Positions 17,132 through 26,392 of a stretch of 64,000 nt of DNA are shown here, in pieces. Origin of the DNA: a virus. The notes beneath the pieces were generated by a model. It ran no database searches and was not told the DNA's origin. It saw nothing but the letters and a program-made list of their open reading frames with translations. Each line of letters begins with the position of its first letter. The stretch's first letter is position 1. The stretch covers positions 1 through 64,000 of the IMG/VR virus record IMGVR_UViG_3300030104_005320; one strand, given 5' to 3'. A program made the translations under genes and the position numbers.

Positions 17132-17809
17132 CTATGATTGTTGTATTTTGTTGAAGATTCTTTCTACATTTGATCCGTATATTGGTCCGACTATAATTCT
17201 TTGAGTATCTTCATACTCTTTAATGCCAGTACCGAAACAAATTACTCCAACTACTTTTCCTTTATGAATGATCGGCCCACCACTGTCACCTTGTATTGCC
17301 CAAGAGAATACTATGTGTCCACCTTGACCCATTCCCTTACCACAATATTTAGAGTTCCAGTGACGAAAATCCCCAGTTCCAAACCCACACATTTCTACCG
17401 TATCTCCAATTGGGACATCTTCAGTGCTAATTTCCATCGGCACAATGTCTTCAGGTATCAATGCACGAATTAACGCAAGGTCATTGAAACTGTCTAAGTC
17501 GTGGTTTTTCTTAACAATGACAGTACCATTTTGGGTAACTTCACCATTATTAAAATAAACCTTGAAAAGTGTATCAGATGAATTTATAACATGTGATGCA
17601 GTTAGAATCCACCCGACGTAATATCCTTCATGTTTCTCGCTATCCTCTATAAATTTTATGACTGTTCCGCTTCCAGAATATCCATCGCCCGAAATCTTTA
17701 CTATACTTGAATGGTAACTTGCAGGCTCAGACGCATCCCAGTTTTGGGCAGAAACTAAAGATGTGAAGAGCAGGCAAAACGCTAAAGTCGATAAAACTTT
17801 CTTTATCAT
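17132..17809 (-). CDS. Secreted trypsin-like serine protease
   Basis: Signal peptide; LTASHV, DLALI and GDSGGP triad motifs. Confidence 0.9.
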   Translation of the reverse strand: MIKKVLSTLAFCLLFTSLVSAQNWDASEPASYHSSIVKISGDGYSGSGTVIKFIEDSEKHEGYYVGWILTASHVINSSDTLFKVYFNNGEVTQNGTVIVKKNHDLDSFNDLALIRALIPEDIVPMEISTEDVPIGDTVEMCGFGTGDFRHWNSKYCGKGMGQGGHIVFSWAIQGDSGGPIIHKGKVVGVICFGTGIKEYEDTQRIIVGPIYGSNVERIFNKIQQS

Positions 17810-17869
17810 GATAACCCCTTACTTTATGTCGCAAAGAGTTATACACAAATATTAACTAATTATTAACTT

Positions 17870-18244
17870 TTAGCCTTCAGGGAAGTCTGTTGCTATCTGG
17901 CTAAAGTAGTGTTCTATGATCTGTTTAACTATCCACCCTATAACTTGTTGGGCAATATACACCCAAATGAATGTGGGCAGAAAGTATGATTTCTTATGGT
18001 CGCTGAGATCAATGTTCTTCTTAATGTATCTCCTTAGTGCTATTCTTAACTCTCTCTTAGTGTCTAGTTCTGAGTCATCCCTCCAAGGGGCGGAGTCAAA
18101 CCATTGTTGAGAGTACATGAAAACATCATCAGCCAGATCAATGGCCTCGTCAGTGTGGGCGTTTCTTCCTTCTTTGCCAAATCTCTCTTTAACCTTTGGC
18201 ATGAAGTATGATTTATCTATCTTTATCGACATTACAATCTCCAA
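17870..18244 (-). CDS. Hypothetical protein
   Basis: ORF co-oriented with the protease. Confidence 0.6.
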   Translation of the reverse strand: MEIVMSIKIDKSYFMPKVKERFGKEGRNAHTDEAIDLADDVFMYSQQWFDSAPWRDDSELDTKRELRIALRRYIKKNIDLSDHKKSYFLPTFIWVYIAQQVIGWIVKQIIEHYFSQIATDFPEG

Positions 18245-18811
18245 GCGTTAATTGTTTAGGTTGGACAAGTGTTAGTTCTATACATAGGAAGTACACCTGT
18301 CTTATCTAAACCTTCCTATATTATTATCTGCCAAAAGGCCGTAAGGCCAGAGCATGTCATTTAATTTTTAATTTATTGTTGGGTTAAAACCCTAGATCGA
18401 GAAGAATATACACCTTATATTCACCTAGAAATGGAGCAAATGGGTCAATAAAGTTTCAACTTTTATGCTTTTTTTATCAGATAACAACCATTTGAAGGCA
18501 ACTAAAGGGCTAAGACAACCAAAATAATTACTTATTGCGGGAACACGACATTCAAACAACTGTTTTAACTGTCTCAGCCCTCCATGTCATTCTCTATGTT
18601 TGTTAGTATGTATATGTATGTAGTGTACTATATAAAATGTCAATAATCCTCGGTAAACTCTAATGTTTTAGGCTAGACACCCATATATAGGGAACTAATA
18701 TCTATATAGCAAATCTAATATAAAAAACACTGTGTTTAGCAGCATTATATACACTATTATAAAACATGGAAAAGACTTGGAAAGGAATCATAAAGGAGAA
18801 AAATTATTTTT

Positions 18812-18991
18812 ATGACAAAAAAACAAGAAAAAAAAGTGCAATGTATAGACTGTGATAAAAAAACAGCTAACTACTACAAGATAGCGACCAACAGGGGCTA
18901 TATATCGAAGTGTAAAGAGTGTTACGAACTATGGATTTCAAGATCGGTAAGAGATGAAGGATATATTAAGAGGAACCAAGAAGTGAATTGA
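18812..18991 (+). CDS. 59-aa CxxC/CxxC zinc-finger protein
   Basis: MTKKQEKKVQCIDCD...KCKECY; AAAGGAG upstream. Confidence 0.5.
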   Translation: MTKKQEKKVQCIDCDKKTANYYKIATNRGYISKCKECYELWISRSVRDEGYIKRNQEVN

Positions 18992-19166
18992 TTGTGTATT
19001 TATAATAAAGGAGGTAGATATGTCCAGAAGCCCGCTTTCAGAATTAGTGACAGATATTATTATAATGACTTTAATACTACTACCATTGATAGCCATGTCT
19101 TCAATTGGCATCTTCTGGCTGTTGTATAATGTATTCGACCAACTTTACGAACTCTAAGGGGCAATA

Positions 19167-19511
19167 ATGAAGAAAATAATTACTATACTGGGATTCTCTC
19201 TATTTATGCTGGGGTGTTCGGCAGATACAGCCGATACTACAAAAACACAGACAACTGCTCAGGCAGACATAATGTATTTTGGGGCGACTTGGTGAGGCCC
19301 GTGTAAAAAGATGAAACAGTTGTTTCAAGACCAAGATGTTAAAAAAGAACTTGACGAAATAGACTTCCAACAGTATGATATAGACTCCAGACCAGACCTA
19401 GCAAAAAAATACAACATTCGCTCTATCCCAACACTTATAACCAAAAGCGGCCAAAGATACACAGGTTTTCTAGGTAAGGAAAAACTTTTGCAAATATTGA
19501 GAAAATACTAA
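19167..19511 (+). CDS. Thioredoxin-like lipoprotein with in-frame UGA (W-U-G-P-C; probable selenoprotein)
   Basis: MKKIITILGFSLFMLG-C lipobox-like signal; YFGATW-TGA-GPCKKM; SIPT cis-Pro loop; hairpin 3' of the UGA. Confidence 0.75.
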
Positions 19512-19548
19512 AGGCTAGGTTTGACACGGACGATATAGATAGTAAGAT
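19509..19548 (+). promoter_or_regulatory. Composite sigma28-like/sigma70 promoter
   Basis: TAAAGGCT-N12-GACGATAT; TTGACA-16-TAAGAT. Confidence 0.7.
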
Positions 19549-19587
19549 CAGGACGTAACACCAACCAACCACATTAGGAGAATCAAG

Positions 19588-19803
19588 ATGAGTAGAGGAC
19601 AACTATTAACAAGTGATGAGTATGTAGCAAAACATGGGATGGCGTGTCCCGCATGTTTATCAGACAATGTACGATCTACACAGCCGATGCAGCAGGACGA
19701 CATGAACTGCTGGCAAAATTGCAAGTGTGATGACTGTGAGCAAGAGTGGGACGATCATTACGAATTAGTTGGCTATTATCCTTTGGAGACTGAAGATGAG
19801 TAA
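19588..19803 (+). CDS. Small zinc-ribbon protein
   Basis: CPAC...CDDC; TAGGAG SD. Confidence 0.7.
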   Translation: MSRGQLLTSDEYVAKHGMACPACLSDNVRSTQPMQQDDMNCWQNCKCDDCEQEWDDHYELVGYYPLETEDE

Positions 19804-20767
19804 CTTTAAAGAAAAGACAGTAAATATTATCGTGAGTGGTGGAGTAGTAGTTGACGTGGAAGGTTTGCCAGAAGATTGGGACGTTGCCATCACTGACGTA
19901 GACGACAATCCTGAATCATGGGAGGCACGAAACATGTTCGACCTAGATATTGCAGAGATGGCAGACCTAAAAGAACAGTTGCGTAAATTTTCACCGCCAC
20001 AGGAGATTGAAGATGCCTAATCAATATTACGTCAACCTAAAAGACGGATATGAAATTGGTGATACTTACGTTCACAACGGAGATGAAACAATAAAGTATA
20101 TAGTTGTTGACATCGAAGCGTTTAATGGTCTAATGCTTGTAGAAGAAGTTGATTACGATATTGAAATTATTTGGGAGGTTGAGTCAGATGATGAAGTGGC
20201 CTAAACAAATGGGACGAACAGTAAATTATGACTTTACTATTGATAGCTTGGTTAGTGTTGAGGCTCCTGCTGGCACTGATCCTGATGAGCTTATTGATAT
20301 GGCACTCGCAAAGTTAGCACAAAGAGCCAAAGAAGGCGACATTGCACTAATGTTTGATACTTGTTTCGATAGCGAAACGGGTAACTACAACGAAGACTGG
20401 AGAACGATTTAATGAAAACAGATAGAGAGTTCGAACTAGAGCAACTTCGTTTAGCTGTTGATTTTTTTGAGAGGCAGCTAGAGGACCACTGGTATACCGA
20501 AAAAGCCAACAACATCGAGAGAAATATAAACAAGTTTAAAAACAAGTACGAAGAATTAAAAAAATGGACTACAAAAAAAGAACACTCTATTTAGAGATAG
20601 CCATAGACCTACTAGACAGGGCAGAGGGTACTAAGTTATACGACGTAACAAGGAGGCTTTCAGGCTGGTCTAGGAAAGATTACGAAGAGATGTTAGAGAT
20701 GCTTGCACTATTGCTGATTAAATTCAAAAAACTAGAAAACAAAGAAGACGAGGACAAGGAATGGTAA
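19796..20767 (+). other. Run of five small coupled hypothetical ORFs, several acidic (19796-20020, 20013-20204, ~20188-20412, 20412-20594, 20564-20767)
   Basis: Overlapping start/stop codons; the 19796 ORF resembles 26194-26382 (IVV.V..G.V..V). Confidence 0.6.
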
Positions 20768-20961
20768 AGCATCTACAAGATGCTGGAATGAATTATTTTC
20801 AGCACATGATACACGCCTTACATATATCTTACTTATTATTTGTTGCTTGCTTTTGCTGCTTTATACACTCTTTCATTCCTTTTATATTTCAAACAAAAGC
20901 CTCTTGCATTATCAAATATTTATCAGATAATGTAATAAACAGACAGATAAGGAGAAATTAA
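20761..20961 (+). CDS. DUF6356-like small membrane protein
   Basis: KHL...MNYFQHM..AL...IHSFIPFIF..KAS pattern. Confidence 0.55.
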   Translation: MVKHLQDAGMNYFQHMIHALHISYLLFVACFCCFIHSFIPFIFQTKASCIIKYLSDNVINRQIRRN

Positions 20962-21369
20962 ATGCCACACAGTTCAAACACTCTAATTGTAGATTGCGAT
21001 GGAGTTATAGCAGACAAAAATCACGGAGGCGACTACGCAAAAGCCGGTCCACTTCAGCATGGTATAGATCAAATCAATTCAATGTATGACATGGGTTATA
21101 CAATAAAATTGTACACAGCTAGATACGGAGACAGGGAATCAGGAAACATACACCTTCAGTATGAGCGAGGGTATGTGGAATGGATTAACTGGCTCGATAA
21201 ACACGGCGTTAAATACCACCATGCGTTTATGGGAAAGCCTGCTGGGGTGATGTATATCGACGACAAAGCCGCCCGTGTAGACGGAGACAACGAAGACGGA
21301 TGGAAACAGGTGTGGGACGAAATTAACAATCTAGAAGGAAAAGATAAATACGGAAATAAAATACAATGA
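20962..21369 (+). CDS. HAD-superfamily phosphatase (capsule-biosynthesis phosphatase-like)
   Basis: DCDGVI, YTAR, GKP...YIDDKA. Confidence 0.8.
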   Translation: MPHSSNTLIVDCDGVIADKNHGGDYAKAGPLQHGIDQINSMYDMGYTIKLYTARYGDRESGNIHLQYERGYVEWINWLDKHGVKYHHAFMGKPAGVMYIDDKAARVDGDNEDGWKQVWDEINNLEGKDKYGNKIQ

Positions 21370-21791
21370 AAGAACAAAACCTTTTAAAATGGATTTCTAT
21401 AACAAGTATAGCTATTATCTCTCTGCTGGTTGCAGAGTTTAAATTCACTGCCTTTTCCTCCTTGGCATCTGCGGATATTACTTTTATCTGCTACGCTATA
21501 TTGTTACTGGGGATCAGTGCTATCTTGTTCAGTTTCAGGCAGGTTATGAACAAAACCTACCACATGAAAAAAATGAACGACCTATCTTATGTCGCCCAAA
21601 TGCTTGGGCTACTGGGAACTGTGGTTGGCATGAGCTATCTTTTCGCGTCACTTAGTTCGCTTGAAGACCCTGAGCTTAGACAAAAACTTATCACGACAGG
21701 AATGGCTACGGTACTAAATACTACCATAGTTGGTATTGTTTGCAGTCTTGTTATTTACGCATACGTAATATTCTTGAGGGAAGACAAATGA
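21366..21791 (+). CDS. MotA/TolQ/ExbB proton-channel-family protein
   Basis: QMLGLLGTVVGM and GMATVLNTTIVGIV TM motifs. Confidence 0.75.
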   Translation: MKEQNLLKWISITSIAIISLLVAEFKFTAFSSLASADITFICYAILLLGISAILFSFRQVMNKTYHMKKMNDLSYVAQMLGLLGTVVGMSYLFASLSSLEDPELRQKLITTGMATVLNTTIVGIVCSLVIYAYVIFLREDK

Positions 21792-22351
21792 AAATTCCTA
21801 TTTGTTTTCTAGATATTATATTGATTTTACTGGTTTGTATGATATTACTGTATAATCCGGTAACAAAAAAAGAAGAGATACCAACTCCTCCTCAAATGGC
21901 AGAGTTTATATTAACAGTACACTGGGAAGCAAAATTGAACGCCGACATAGATACGTGGGCCTTAAGAGTTGATAATCCAGCTTCAATCACTGGCTTTACT
22001 CGAAGGGAAAACGATGTATTCATTCTTCATAATGACAACACTTCTAGAGAATATGGTCAAATCGACGGTGAAATTCTTGAAGAGGCTAGGGAAACGCTCA
22101 CAATAGAAAGAATAAAAGAAGGAGAATACATCTTTGCATTGCATGGATACAGAGTGCCGCCCGACGCTGAACCAGTAGAAGTCACGTTAGAATTTCAAAA
22201 GTCAAGACCTTACTCTCATATATTTAAAAAGACTGTAACAGTAATACACGACGAAGAGGTTCCTATTGTATCTTTTTACATAGATGCAGATGGTAATGTC
22301 AAAGACCTACAATTAGATCAAAATTTAGTACAAAGGTTTATAAACCAATGA
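21788..22351 (+). CDS. ExbD/TolR/MotB-like single-TM partner
   Basis: IPICFLDIILILL TM with membrane Asp; coupled to the ExbB-like gene. Confidence 0.55.
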   Translation: MKIPICFLDIILILLVCMILLYNPVTKKEEIPTPPQMAEFILTVHWEAKLNADIDTWALRVDNPASITGFTRRENDVFILHNDNTSREYGQIDGEILEEARETLTIERIKEGEYIFALHGYRVPPDAEPVEVTLEFQKSRPYSHIFKKTVTVIHDEEVPIVSFYIDADGNVKDLQLDQNLVQRFINQ

Positions 22352-22851
22352 TACCATTTATCATAAACTTATTCATTGCTATCATATGTTGCCTTGCTAT
22401 AATTTTTAGATTTAAAGACTTTACTTTGCGTTGCGGTATGATATTATCAGTTACGATTGCTTCGCTTATTAGTTTCTGGTTAATTACTTTATATGCCGGA
22501 AAACCTGTGGAAAAATCCTTACCTAGTGATATAATTGTCTACGGTCAAGCTATAGACATGAAAGAGCTAAAGGTATACATACTTTATAAAAAGACTAACG
22601 GAAAACTGCCTCCTACTTTGGTTGAATTAGACTATTCAAAAGAACTAAAAGAAGCATTAAAGAAAGGTCTTAAGGAACAAAAAGGAAAGCCTTTTAGAAT
22701 GAAGAAAGGAGAAGGAGAAGGCGAAGGAAAAGAAGGAGATGGACAAGAGGGAGATGGAGATGGCGAAGGAGAGGGAGATGGCTCCCTGTCTAACGAATCA
22801 GAAACTTGGAATATAATGCGGCTTCCTCCTCCAAGGTTGCCAAGTAAATAA
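22348..22851 (+). CDS. Two-TM protein with Gly-Glu/Asp repeat and Pro-rich end
   Basis: Third gene of the trio; GEGEGEGKEGDG repeat. Confidence 0.55.
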   Translation: MIPFIINLFIAIICCLAIIFRFKDFTLRCGMILSVTIASLISFWLITLYAGKPVEKSLPSDIIVYGQAIDMKELKVYILYKKTNGKLPPTLVELDYSKELKEALKKGLKEQKGKPFRMKKGEGEGEGKEGDGQEGDGDGEGEGDGSLSNESETWNIMRLPPPRLPSK

Positions 22852-22886
22852 TTTTTGAAACAAAAAACATTAAGGAAAACTATCTC

Positions 22887-23426
22887 ATGGGAATTGATTA
22901 TGCCGCTGGACACGCAATGTGTGTTGAAATTGACAATATGGTTGGATTGATTAACGGCAAAAACAAAAAATATGTTCTTGAAGTTATTCAAAGTTTTCAC
23001 GACTCCGTTATGTCTGGTCAATACACCAGCGATAAAGCGAAAAAAGCTGTTACAGCACTAGACAACATAGATTCTAAAATTAAACTTGCTGATCTAAAAG
23101 AATTGATTTTGGAGTACCATGCGGTCGAGGGCGAGGCCGGAAAGTACGAGGGTGATTGTAAGTTTGCTAATGATCTATGGGGCGATGATCTTCTTGAGCT
23201 ATGGGAGGGCATCTTAGACGTTTGCGACATGCCGATGCCATCACTGTCAGAAGTTAGAATCTTTGACTCACATCGACAGAATTATGATTGCCCGCTAGAA
23301 GTTCCATGCTTTCTTTTTGAAGTAGAAGATTGTTATGAGCGAACACTTAACGAGGAAGGCAAAAACCTAAACAAGTTATCAGGAGGATATTTAAATGAAA
23401 TTTCATGGACCGATGTTAGTTACTAA
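22887..23426 (+). CDS. Hypothetical protein
   Basis: AAGGA SD; ORF. Confidence 0.65.
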   Translation: MGIDYAAGHAMCVEIDNMVGLINGKNKKYVLEVIQSFHDSVMSGQYTSDKAKKAVTALDNIDSKIKLADLKELILEYHAVEGEAGKYEGDCKFANDLWGDDLLELWEGILDVCDMPMPSLSEVRIFDSHRQNYDCPLEVPCFLFEVEDCYERTLNEEGKNLNKLSGGYLNEISWTDVSY

Positions 23427-23436
23427 GGAGAATTTT

Positions 23437-23820
23437 ATGTTGAAAAGTTTGATCGTACTGTTTACAGTTCTTATTGCCACAACTACTTATGCTCAAGATT
23501 ATGAGTTAGTCAATACTATTTCTAGCGATGCGGAGCTTGCAGAGTTTTGGGAAAAAATTGAAGGCGAGATGAATCCCGACTCTATCTGGGGTGACGCAAA
23601 GACAGATCAAGAAAAGTGTCAGGCAGAAGCTAACTATATGGCAAAGTTTTATAAGTTCTGTCATGTTGGTCCTTGTGTTGGACGCTTTGAGGGGATTGGC
23701 TGGAGTCGTTCTGGCAAGATGCCCGGAACATGTGTCCCAAGATACAGGATGTGCTTGACTGGCGATGCGACTGCCACCTGCGATGATGGCACTGTAATTC
23801 GCGTGCGAAGCTGGAGGTAA
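23437..23820 (+). CDS. Secreted Cys-containing hypothetical protein
   Basis: Signal peptide (TTYA-Q); AAGGAG SD. Confidence 0.65.
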   Translation: MLKSLIVLFTVLIATTTYAQDYELVNTISSDAELAEFWEKIEGEMNPDSIWGDAKTDQEKCQAEANYMAKFYKFCHVGPCVGRFEGIGWSRSGKMPGTCVPRYRMCLTGDATATCDDGTVIRVRSWR

Positions 23821-23827
23821 AAAAAAT

Positions 23828-23867
23828 TAAAGATTCTTCTTGACGTTGACGATACGTATATTAGAAT
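23828..23867 (+). promoter_or_regulatory. Composite sigma28-like/sigma70 promoter
   Basis: TAAAGATT-N12-GACGATAC; TTGACG-16-TAGAAT. Confidence 0.75.
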
Positions 23868-23906
23868 CGAGGCATACAACCAACCAACCACCTTTAGGAG
23901 ATTAGG

Positions 23907-25784
23907 ATGAAACTGGACACAGCACCACAAGATGTTGCCGTACACGGAAACTTTGAGACTTCTGATTTTGCAGTAGGCGACGTGGCCTTTATCGTTGACA
24001 TGTTTGCCGATAAAGTTTACACGCACAAAGAACGTGCTATCATCCGTGAGCTATCATGCAATGCACATGACAGTCATGTAATGGCAGGCACTACAGATGT
24101 TCCCTTCAAAGTACATCTACCGACACCACTAGAGTCTTGGTTTTCTATCCGTGACTACGGCACAGGTCTATCAGACCACGAAGTCAGGACAATCTTTGCT
24201 GGTATTGGCATCTCTACCAAGCGAGATAGTAACGAGGTTATCGGATGCTTTGGTATTGGTAGCCTGTCTCCCTATGCTCTGACAGATAGCTTTACTGTTA
24301 AAAGTTATGTCGATGGCATGTGTCGCACATACAACTGCTATCGTGACGAGAATCGCAAGCCAGTCGTAGCCCTCTTGACAGAGATGCAAACAGACGAGCC
24401 AAACGGTCTAGAGGTATCTTTAACCGTTGATGATAGAGTCGGCGAGTTTGAGACAGAGGCCGAATATGTCTTTCGTTTTTGGGAGGGGACTCTTCCAGAC
24501 ATCAACAACAAACATGTAGTATCAGCCTGCGAGAGTCAGCGTAATGACTACTTCTTCAAGGGGGATAATTTTGGCCTTAGCAATGGATATGGTGGCATGT
24601 TTGCAGTCATGGGAAACATCGCCTACAGCATACCACCTGAAATTGGTGGATTCAGCAACATCAAGGGCTATATTAAGTTTGACCTTGGCGAGCTAGAGTT
24701 TGATACTGCCCGCGAAAACCTATCGCTCACAGACAAAACAAAAGAGTCAGTGGCCGCTAAGTTTAAGTCAGTAAAAGAAAAATTATCTGACTTTGCGATC
24801 CAGCAGATTGAAGACGAGCCTACGCCATTCAAACAAGCTTTGCTGGCTGAAAAGCTTGATAAAGGTCGCCTCGGTACATACGTCAAAGAAGATTTGGAAC
24901 AGTACAATCTGCCAGAGCCAGAGAATTCAGTTATATATTGGTCACGCCACTGGAACTCCACAGAGAAAGGTAGATCGGACCATATGCCAATTGGCGAAAA
25001 TGTCAGATACTACATGTACAAAGATCGCATGACTACACGTATTCGTAGCTACTTAAAAGATCACAACAACCTCACTATGGTTATGCTTTCACCAGAACAA
25101 GTTGATGAGTGCGGTATTGATGCCGAGTTTATCATGGACTTGGATGACCTACCTAAAGTAGCCAGAGCAGGCACTACGGGTGGTGGTTGCAAATTAAAGA
25201 CTTTTAAGTTTGATAAGCATTGTTATGGCTACGACAGGAAAAACCATTGGGATGCGGCTACATTAGAGCTAGACGGTACTGAGATTGTGTATGTTGAAAT
25301 CTCTAGGTGGGAGCCAACATTATATAGCCACAGGGCTTTAAAGAATAGGATTGAAGACCTTAAACAATGCGGAATCAATGTAGAAGTTTATGGACTAAAG
25401 ACGGCCTTTCTTAACACAAAAGCATTTAAGAAGGGTAACTTCATTGAAGTAACCGATTTTATGTCTCGTGAATTAAAATCTATTGCACCTTCGAGTAGTC
25501 CAGTGTACAATACAGACCAGTTCAACAGACTTGAGAGAATTTGCGAGCATATCACTTCGCCAGAATTAAACGAATGGCAAGAGCTAGTGTCCAGTTTCGC
25601 TGCGACAGACCTTGAAAAAGTTTGCAAAAAGTATTCAATCGAAATGGAGGATGATGATTCTTTACAGAATTGGATGGATGGATTTTTCTCAAAGTACGAC
25701 ATGCTAAATCTAGTAAAGACATATGAAATAGATAATGGCACAAAAGACACGGTAGCAAACTACATCAAAGGAACAATTAAATGA
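23907..25784 (+). CDS. rIIA: rIIA-like protein (GHKL ATPase N-domain)
   Basis: IRELSCNAHDSH, IRDYGTGLS, STKRDSN..IGCFGIGS. Confidence 0.85.
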   Translation: MKLDTAPQDVAVHGNFETSDFAVGDVAFIVDMFADKVYTHKERAIIRELSCNAHDSHVMAGTTDVPFKVHLPTPLESWFSIRDYGTGLSDHEVRTIFAGIGISTKRDSNEVIGCFGIGSLSPYALTDSFTVKSYVDGMCRTYNCYRDENRKPVVALLTEMQTDEPNGLEVSLTVDDRVGEFETEAEYVFRFWEGTLPDINNKHVVSACESQRNDYFFKGDNFGLSNGYGGMFAVMGNIAYSIPPEIGGFSNIKGYIKFDLGELEFDTARENLSLTDKTKESVAAKFKSVKEKLSDFAIQQIEDEPTPFKQALLAEKLDKGRLGTYVKEDLEQYNLPEPENSVIYWSRHWNSTEKGRSDHMPIGENVRYYMYKDRMTTRIRSYLKDHNNLTMVMLSPEQVDECGIDAEFIMDLDDLPKVARAGTTGGGCKLKTFKFDKHCYGYDRKNHWDAATLELDGTEIVYVEISRWEPTLYSHRALKNRIEDLKQCGINVEVYGLKTAFLNTKAFKKGNFIEVTDFMSRELKSIAPSSSPVYNTDQFNRLERICEHITSPELNEWQELVSSFAATDLEKVCKKYSIEMEDDDSLQNWMDGFFSKYDMLNLVKTYEIDNGTKDTVANYIKGTIK

Positions 25785-26131
25785 AAAAGAAGAAAAGAAA
25801 AAAACAAGAAATCCCACGAATGGTCCTTAAAAATTTCATAGGAGACTTAAAGTTGCCAAAAGAAATGGGACATAGTATAAAAATACAAGACATCGAAGCC
25901 AACGAGGTAGGAACACACGTTCACAAATCCAAGAAGATGCCTATATTTAGAATTGATGTCTGGGTGGACTGGTGGACATTTGAGATGCAGCAATTCCCTT
26001 CATCAAGGATTGGCAGGTCGTACTACCAAGCATACGATAAAGACACAAAAAAGTTTTACGATCTAGACAAGTCAACACCCGATTGCTTCGAAAACTTTTA
26101 TGCAGAAAGCAAAAGAAAAAGTAAAGTTTAG
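25781..26131 (+). CDS. Hypothetical protein
   Basis: ATGA-coupled ORF. Confidence 0.55.
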   Translation: MKKKKRKKQEIPRMVLKNFIGDLKLPKEMGHSIKIQDIEANEVGTHVHKSKKMPIFRIDVWVDWWTFEMQQFPSSRIGRSYYQAYDKDTKKFYDLDKSTPDCFENFYAESKRKSKV

Positions 26132-26161
26132 ATTTGATATTGACGATACTTAGTTTATAAT
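26122..26161 (+). promoter_or_regulatory. Composite sigma28-like/sigma70 promoter
   Basis: TAAAGTTT-N12-GACGATAC; TTGATA-16-TATAAT. Confidence 0.75.
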
Positions 26162-26193
26162 GAAGTTTTTAACCAACCCTTTAGGAGATTCAA

Positions 26194-26382
26194 ATGGACA
26201 TTAGTAAACAGATTGTTGTACAGGTTGCAGATGGTATAGTTCAGGCGGTTTACTGCCCGAATGAAAGTTACGAAGTTCACATCCTAGATTACGATGACAA
26301 TAATTCAGGAGATGATGTCAGTCAGTATTACAAAGATGTTGAAAGTTATTGTGTTAAATTAGTCGATTGTACCTCTATCTAA
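26194..26382 (+). CDS. Small hypothetical protein
   Basis: TAGGAG SD. Confidence 0.6.
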   Translation: MDISKQIVVQVADGIVQAVYCPNESYEVHILDYDDNNSGDDVSQYYKDVESYCVKLVDCTSI

Positions 26383-26392
26383 GGAAATTTAA

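Noticed and set aside
19293-19295. Genome-wide UGA reassignment (code 4 or 25)
   Set aside because: Many intact genes (glmS, clpP, gmd) end in TGA with ATGA-type overlaps.
22632-23021. Minus-strand PSPSPS ORF
   Set aside because: Antisense shadow of the Gly-Glu repeat.
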